Translations under genes and position numbers: made by a program
In this document: piece after piece, positions 38,634-43,703 of the stretch
Layout of the letters: each line of letters starts with the position of its first letter
Position numbering within the stretch: position 1 is the stretch's first letter
Source: Bacteroidia bacterium
GTDB lineage: Bacteria; Bacteroidota; Bacteroidia; JAYUJA01
Direction of reading: 5' to 3'
NCBI GenBank assembly: GCA_043765495.1
Contig: JAYUJA010000009.1
Coordinates: forward strand, 1-43,703
DNA length: 43,703 nt
Notes under the pieces: generated by a model
Told to the model about the DNA's origin: nothing
The model's database searches: none
The model's input: the letters and a program-made list of their open reading frames with translations, nothing else

Positions 38634-39656
38634 TTAAGGCTGTACAGGGGTAGTAGTTTTGTCTTTTTTGCCGCCAAATAACGAGAAATGGACATATTTT
38701 TTAGGATTAGCTTTTAGGTCTACAAATAGAGCATCTAAATCTGCTGCTGATTTATTTAAGTTATTATACAAGCCATCATCTTTCAACAATTTACCAATAG
38801 AGCCTTCTCCTTTATCTATTTTACTAGCAATGGTATTGAACTTGTCTAGCACGTCTTTGGCACTTTGGATAGTAGCCGTCAAGTTTGCCTTTGCTACATC
38901 GTCGGTTATTTTTTCTACATTAGCTAGTACTTTATCTATTTTAGCACCATTTTTCTCAAATCCTGACGTTATTTTTTGCACACTAGCCAGTATATTATCT
39001 AGTCGTTTTTCTTCTTTGGTAATCAGTCCGCTTGCTTTTTCGGATAGTGCTGCCGCGTTTTTGGACGTGATGCTCAAGTTTTGTATCGTATATTTTAGGT
39101 CTCTTTGTACTTGTGCATCTAGCAAGCTATTTACTTGATGTAGTGTTACATCCATCGTAGAGAGTACTGCTGCTGCTTTTATAGTTACTGGCTCTATCAT
39201 TTTTTCTACTTCTTGTATTTTTTGTTCTGCCATTGCCATCATTCCTTTCTCGGTAGCTACTTTTATACTCGACCCTTCTGGCATAGCGGCACCACTATTT
39301 ATATTATCTAGTTTAATGGCTTTGGTACCCAGAAAATCTACACTTGTAATAGCCGCAGTAGTAGTACTGGATATAGTAATATTCGGATCTTGGATAATGA
39401 TGTCTACTTTTATGATATTGGAATCTTTGGCAGCAAGGTCTAAATATACCTTTTCTACTTGTCCTACTTTTAAGCCATTCACTACCACATTATTAGACTT
39501 GGTAAGCCCTTCTACGTTTTTATAACTAATAGAATACTTATTAGAACGATTAAACAAATCTCGTCCTTTCAAAAAATTTATCCCTATGTATAATATAGCC
39601 AATGCTATGAGCAATGCTAACCCTACTTTTATTTCTTTGGATACTGTAACATTCAT
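38634..39656 (-). CDS. MCE/MlaD family protein
   Basis: SKEIKVG, G.NFLKG, V.GL....V.VNGLKVG.V, GSIGKLL.D..LY.NL and DLK.NPKKYVHFSLFG motifs. Confidence 0.92.
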   Translation of the reverse strand: MNVTVSKEIKVGLALLIALAILYIGINFLKGRDLFNRSNKYSISYKNVEGLTKSNNVVVNGLKVGQVEKVYLDLAAKDSNIIKVDIIIQDPNITISSTTTAAITSVDFLGTKAIKLDNINSGAAMPEGSSIKVATEKGMMAMAEQKIQEVEKMIEPVTIKAAAVLSTMDVTLHQVNSLLDAQVQRDLKYTIQNLSITSKNAAALSEKASGLITKEEKRLDNILASVQKITSGFEKNGAKIDKVLANVEKITDDVAKANLTATIQSAKDVLDKFNTIASKIDKGEGSIGKLLKDDGLYNNLNKSAADLDALFVDLKANPKKYVHFSLFGGKKDKTTTPVQP

Positions 39657-39742
39657 GGTAATGGAAATAGTTATATTTTAGAAGAAAACAAGAAATACAG
39701 TGGCAAATATAGGTATTTTCTTGTTAGTGAATGGTATATTTA

Positions 39743-40705
39743 TTACAACCCCAATCGGGCAGATATTTCTAGCATTCTACGGATAGGTAATTCTGCTTTT
39801 TGGCGTATAGTTTCGTCCATTATTAGTTCAGGAGTTTCGTCACGTAGGCATAGGTATAGTTTTTCCAATGTATTAAGGCGCATGTGTGGGCATTCGTTAC
39901 ATGCACAAGCATTATTGGGAGGAGCAGGAATAAAGGTTTTGGTAGGCGCTTTTTTCTGCATCTGGTGTATTATACCCACTTCGGTAGCGATGATGAACTC
40001 TTGCTTACTGGATTGTACTGCATAGTTCAATATAGCCGTAGTAGAACCAATAAAATCCGCCTCGGCGAGTACTGGCTCTTCGCATTCGGGGTGTGCTAGT
40101 ACCAATGCGTCTGGGTGTTGGTGTTTTAATTTTACTATTTTTTCTTTGGAAAATATTTCATGTACCATACAAGCTCCGTCCCATAATACCATATCTCTGC
40201 CAGTTTGTTGGACAATATAACGGCCTAAATTTTTATCTGGTGCAAAAATTATTTTTTGCTCCACGGGTAAGCTTTGTACTATTTGCAGTGCATTGGTAGA
40301 AGTACATATAATATCCGTAAGTGCTTTGATACCTGCCGAACAGTTGATATACGATATTACTAAATGGTTCGGATATTGTGCCTTGAAAGCGGCAAATGTA
40401 TCTGGCGGGCAACTATCTGCTAACGAGCATCCAGCATCTAGGTCAGGCAGTACTACTTTTTTGGTAGGACAAAGGATTTTTGCAGTTTCGGCCATGAAAT
40501 GTACCCCAGCGAATACAATTATATCAGCTTCCGTTTTTGCTGCTTGCTGCGATAGTCCTAGGCTATCTCCAATATAATCCGCCGCATCTTGTATGTCCGC
40601 ATCTTGGTAATAATGCGCTAATATTACTGCATTTTTTTGTTTTTTTAGAATAGTAATTTCTTCTAATAAGTCCAGTGTAGGGTCTATGTAGGAAGTAGTA
40701 AGCAT
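39743..40705 (-). CDS. nadA: Quinolinate synthase
   Basis: [39 protein letters not shown] and C.CN.CP.M motifs. Start placed at ATG 40705. Confidence 0.97.
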   Translation of the reverse strand: MLTTSYIDPTLDLLEEITILKKQKNAVILAHYYQDADIQDAADYIGDSLGLSQQAAKTEADIIVFAGVHFMAETAKILCPTKKVVLPDLDAGCSLADSCPPDTFAAFKAQYPNHLVISYINCSAGIKALTDIICTSTNALQIVQSLPVEQKIIFAPDKNLGRYIVQQTGRDMVLWDGACMVHEIFSKEKIVKLKHQHPDALVLAHPECEEPVLAEADFIGSTTAILNYAVQSSKQEFIIATEVGIIHQMQKKAPTKTFIPAPPNNACACNECPHMRLNTLEKLYLCLRDETPELIMDETIRQKAELPIRRMLEISARLGL

Positions 40706-40890
40706 ATTAGGAATAAAAGTAAAGGTAACAAAAATAGAAAACAAAGGTAACATTAACATTTAATTCAACAATTTTATTTATGAACTCCTTTGTAAAGTTT
40801 TTATTTTTTTAGTATCTTTGTGGAATACTCTTTGTTGTAGAATTTGTTACTACTCCACTTATTACTTTAACTATTTATTGTATTAAAAAC

Positions 40891-41373
40891 ATGAAAAAAT
40901 TCTTTTTAATAGCGTTATTATTTACTTCTAGCACTATAGCGCTTACAGCTCAAACCCAAGTAATATCCAACAAAAGAGCCGAAAGCCTCTCCAAGCCACA
41001 CCTTACTCCTGCACAACGAGTAGAAAAGCGAGTAGACCAGCTAGATGCTATACTAGGGCTTACGCCAGAACAAAAAAATAAAGTAATAGCTATACAAACC
41101 AAGTTAGCTGCCGACTTGACAGCTACTCGCAAAGAATACGGCAAAACAGACGTGGAGAAATTCATGGCAGAACGTAAAAACCTATTCCAAGCTTCTAGCC
41201 AAGAAATAAAGGCTTTTTTGACAAAAGAACAGCTTACCAAATGGAGAAATTATAGAACGGATCAAAAAAATATTCGTCAAAATGCTAAAAATGCTGCCAC
41301 TGGTGCAAAAACACCAGCTAACGTAATTCCAAAAACAACCCAAGAAGATGAATTCGATTTTATCGGTTTTTGA
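40891..41373 (+). CDS. Exported helical protein with LTxxQ motifs (Spy/CpxP-like or DUF4890-like)
   Basis: Signal peptide; LTPAQ, LGLTPEQ and LTKEQ motifs. Confidence 0.65.
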   Translation: MKKFFLIALLFTSSTIALTAQTQVISNKRAESLSKPHLTPAQRVEKRVDQLDAILGLTPEQKNKVIAIQTKLAADLTATRKEYGKTDVEKFMAERKNLFQASSQEIKAFLTKEQLTKWRNYRTDQKNIRQNAKNAATGAKTPANVIPKTTQEDEFDFIGF

Positions 41374-41413
41374 TGTATTAAAAATACAAAATACAAGGCT
41401 GTACTTTACAAGT

Positions 41414-41995
41414 ATGGCCTTATTTGCACTATGTAACCTTATCCCTATGCAAGCACAAAATCAAACCCAAACTGCTACCTTCGGAGCAGGCTGCTTCTGG
41501 TGTGTAGAAGCCGTATTCCAAGAACTAAAAGGAGTAAGTAAAGTAGTATCAGGATACAGCGGTGGACATATAAAAAACCCATCTTACAAAGAAGTATGTA
41601 ACGAAACCACAGGACACGCCGAAGTAGCACAAATCACCTTCGACCCTACGGTTATTACTTATGCCGAGCTACTAGAAGTATTTTTTACGACCCACGACCC
41701 TACTACCCTTAATAAACAAGGCAACGATAGTGGTACGCAATACCGATCTGCCATATTTTACCACACGCCAGAGCAAAAAATAATTGCAGAAAAAGCCATA
41801 CAATACGTTACTTCTATTGCCCTTTATGATGTCCCTATCGTAACGGAGATAGTACCTCTTGTACACTTCTATGCTGCCGAAGATTACCACCAAAATTACT
41901 ATACTTTGAACGCTAATAAAAACCCTTATTGTAGTGCTATCATAAGCCCGAAAGTAAAAAAGTTTAGAGAAAAATTTGCAAATAAATTAAAATAA
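41414..41995 (+). CDS. msrA: Peptide-methionine (S)-S-oxide reductase
   Basis: GCFWC, GYSGG, TGHAEV, HDPT.LN.QG.D.GTQYRS and AEDYHQNY motifs. Start uncertain (41348, 41414 or 41447). Confidence 0.95.
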   Translation: MALFALCNLIPMQAQNQTQTATFGAGCFWCVEAVFQELKGVSKVVSGYSGGHIKNPSYKEVCNETTGHAEVAQITFDPTVITYAELLEVFFTTHDPTTLNKQGNDSGTQYRSAIFYHTPEQKIIAEKAIQYVTSIALYDVPIVTEIVPLVHFYAAEDYHQNYYTLNANKNPYCSAIISPKVKKFREKFANKLK

Positions 41996-42771
41996 TGAAT
42001 AACCACCTACCGATTACAAAAAGTAATGTTCAACATATCCAACAATTACAAAAAGAAAAAAACTATCGATCTACCCATGCTAGCTTTGTAATAGAAGGCG
42101 AAAAATGGGTAAATTTTGCCTTGGATAATTACCCCCATCTAGTGCGTATAATAGTAGGTACTAGAGAATGGTATACCAATAATAAAACCGTATCAGAAGA
42201 AGAAGAAATCACCCCTATTACCTACTATTTCATAAAAGATATAGAATTAAATAGAATTTCTACCCAAAAAACGCCTAATAAAGTAGTAGCCGTATTGGAT
42301 ATACCCAGTACGGACACTACTCTAACCCCTGCCCCAAAAGGCATTACTTTGGTGATAGACAATATGAACGACCCTGGTAATTTTGGGACTATTATCCGTT
42401 TAAGTGGCTGGTTTGGTATCCAGCAGATTGTATGCTCGGAACAAACAGTGGATTGCTACAACCCCAAAGTAGTACAAGCTACGATGGGCAGTTTATTAGG
42501 TATTTCTATCACCTATACCGATTTGGCTACTTACCTAGCAAATACTACCTTGCCTGTATATGCTGCAGATATGAAAGGCGATACACTAGCACAAATAAAA
42601 TTCCCCGAAGCTTGTATTATTTTAATAGGACAAGAATCTAACGGGCTTTCTGCGGATTTGTACCCTCATATTACCCAACGGATACATATCCCTTCTGCTC
42701 CTTCTACGGAGGTGGAATCTTTGAACGTGGGTATGGCTGCAAGTATTATTTGTTACGAATTTTATAGATAA
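41995..42771 (+). CDS. TrmH/SpoU-family RNA methyltransferase
   Basis: FVIEG, DPGN.GTIIR, YNPKVVQATMGS, IG.ES.G and ESLNV..AA.I motifs. Confidence 0.93.
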   Translation: MNNHLPITKSNVQHIQQLQKEKNYRSTHASFVIEGEKWVNFALDNYPHLVRIIVGTREWYTNNKTVSEEEEITPITYYFIKDIELNRISTQKTPNKVVAVLDIPSTDTTLTPAPKGITLVIDNMNDPGNFGTIIRLSGWFGIQQIVCSEQTVDCYNPKVVQATMGSLLGISITYTDLATYLANTTLPVYAADMKGDTLAQIKFPEACIILIGQESNGLSADLYPHITQRIHIPSAPSTEVESLNVGMAASIICYEFYR

Positions 42772-43295
42772 CTATTTACAGCTTGGATAGCATTTTGTAC
42801 GCGCTGCTCTCCTGTTCCATCTATCACTACAAAAGGCTTTTTATAGGTTTGGAGAAGTGCTTTATAAATATCAAAAAAATGAAGTTGTAGGTGCGGGTGT
42901 TCGCGTAATGGGTCGTACTGCCAAGGGATATCGGGGTACATTAATAAGTAAAGAGCATAATCCGCTTGTAGAATATTCTGTTCTATCCAAGCATCGCAAA
43001 AGCCAAAAGCATGTTCACACCACACTTTAGTAACCAATAATTCTGTATCACAAAACAAAACATTATTCGCTTGCGGTGTATACTCGTTTTCTAGTGCCAG
43101 CTGCTGCTGGGCTATGTGTAGTATATCATTTGGTACATACTCCCTATGCAGCTTACTGGCATACTCACGGGCATACTCACGGGCATACTCTGGTACACTA
43201 ATGGTATGATAATAAGCAGCTAACTGGGTAGATAGTGTACTTTTTCCAGTACTTTCTCCGCCTGTAATAGCTATTTTTATTACCTTATTATGCAT
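42762..43295 (-). CDS. NadR-type kinase/ATPase (AAA_28 family)
   Basis: Walker A GGESTGKSTL, VPEYAREY, FCDT and PDIPW..D.LRE motifs. Confidence 0.85.
   Translation of the reverse strand: MHNKVIKIAITGGESTGKSTLSTQLAAYYHTISVPEYAREYAREYASKLHREYVPNDILHIAQQQLALENEYTPQANNVLFCDTELLVTKVWCEHAFGFCDAWIEQNILQADYALYLLMYPDIPWQYDPLREHPHLQLHFFDIYKALLQTYKKPFVVIDGTGEQRVQNAIQAVNSYL
43158..43190 (-). repeat. 12-bp in-frame tandem repeat (EYAR-EYAR-EYA)
   Basis: GGCATACTCACG x2 plus GGCATACTC on the + strand. Confidence 0.9.
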
Positions 43296-43561
43296 AATGC
43301 AGGGGTGTTTTTATATGAAAGAGAGGTAGTAAATACGGGATTTTTGTTACTCCAAATTCTTTGGGTTTGGGCATTTTTAATTTAAGCTAGGTTTTTAGTT
43401 TAGTTTAAAACCTTAATTGTAAATTTAGTTTAAAATTACTCTACCCGATAAAAAATGTTGTAAGTTCAAGTAATAAATGCAACTTTGGGAGCAATTTTGA
43501 AAGACTTTAGTTTTGTAAAAGAGAAAATAAATTCTCATTTTCTTTTTTACCAGTTAAATTT

Positions 43562-43703
43562 GGTAGTCTGTCTAATGTAATGTTTTACAATTTAGATTGT
43601 AATTACAAATAAAGTATTTTATTGCTCTGATATGATTTTCTAGTGATTTGGAAAAGCTCAATGTTTTTCTAACTAATCTAGCAGCTCTTTGCCTTAAAGT
43701 ACA
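43562..43703 (-). mobile_element. IS1-family insertion sequence, 3' end (truncated by window edge)
   Basis: Transposase C-terminus followed by a probable terminal IR reading GGTAGTCTGTCTAATG from 43562; IS1 ends typically begin GGT. Confidence 0.75.
43572..43703 (-). CDS. IS1-family transposase (InsB-like) C-terminal fragment
   Basis: Manual translation CTLRQRAARLVRKTLSFSKSLENHIRAIKYFICNYNLNCKTLH*, matching the InsB motif TLRQR..RLVRKTLSFSK...NH. Confidence 0.85.
   Translation of the reverse strand, partial: CTLRQRAARLVRKTLSFSKSLENHIRAIKYFICNYNLNCKTLH

Noticed and set aside
43296-43561. AT-rich intergenic region as oriC, or a 28-aa minus-strand ORF (MPKPKEFG...)
   Set aside because: No clear DnaA-box cluster was seen, and the short ORF has no recognisable motif.

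Overview
Low-GC Bacteroidota chromosomal window, identified by TAnnTTTG promoter motifs, PorX, T9SS cargo proteins and TonB-dependent receptors. It holds mostly housekeeping genes with eroded synteny: kdsA, porX, leuS, an isolated atpF-atpH pair, fabG, rpsP, frr, rlmH, nadA, msrA, mqnA. Three accessory elements stand out. (1) A GGCC-type NgoPII/HaeIII-like restriction-modification pair. (2) The 3' end of an IS1-family transposase at the right edge. (3) A 4,278-bp unit between rpsP and frr, bounded by two near-identical 122-bp palindromic AAC...GTT elements arranged like integron attC sites. This unit encodes two unrelated putative cysteine-hydrolase effectors (one Tae4-like amidase) that share a 21-aa N-terminal leader. 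Each is followed by a candidate immunity gene, and they flank a 586-aa uncharacterised protein with a Ser/Thr-rich amphipathic segment. It looks like a self-contained, cassette-borne toxin delivery module. All family calls come from motif recognition by eye; no database searches were run.
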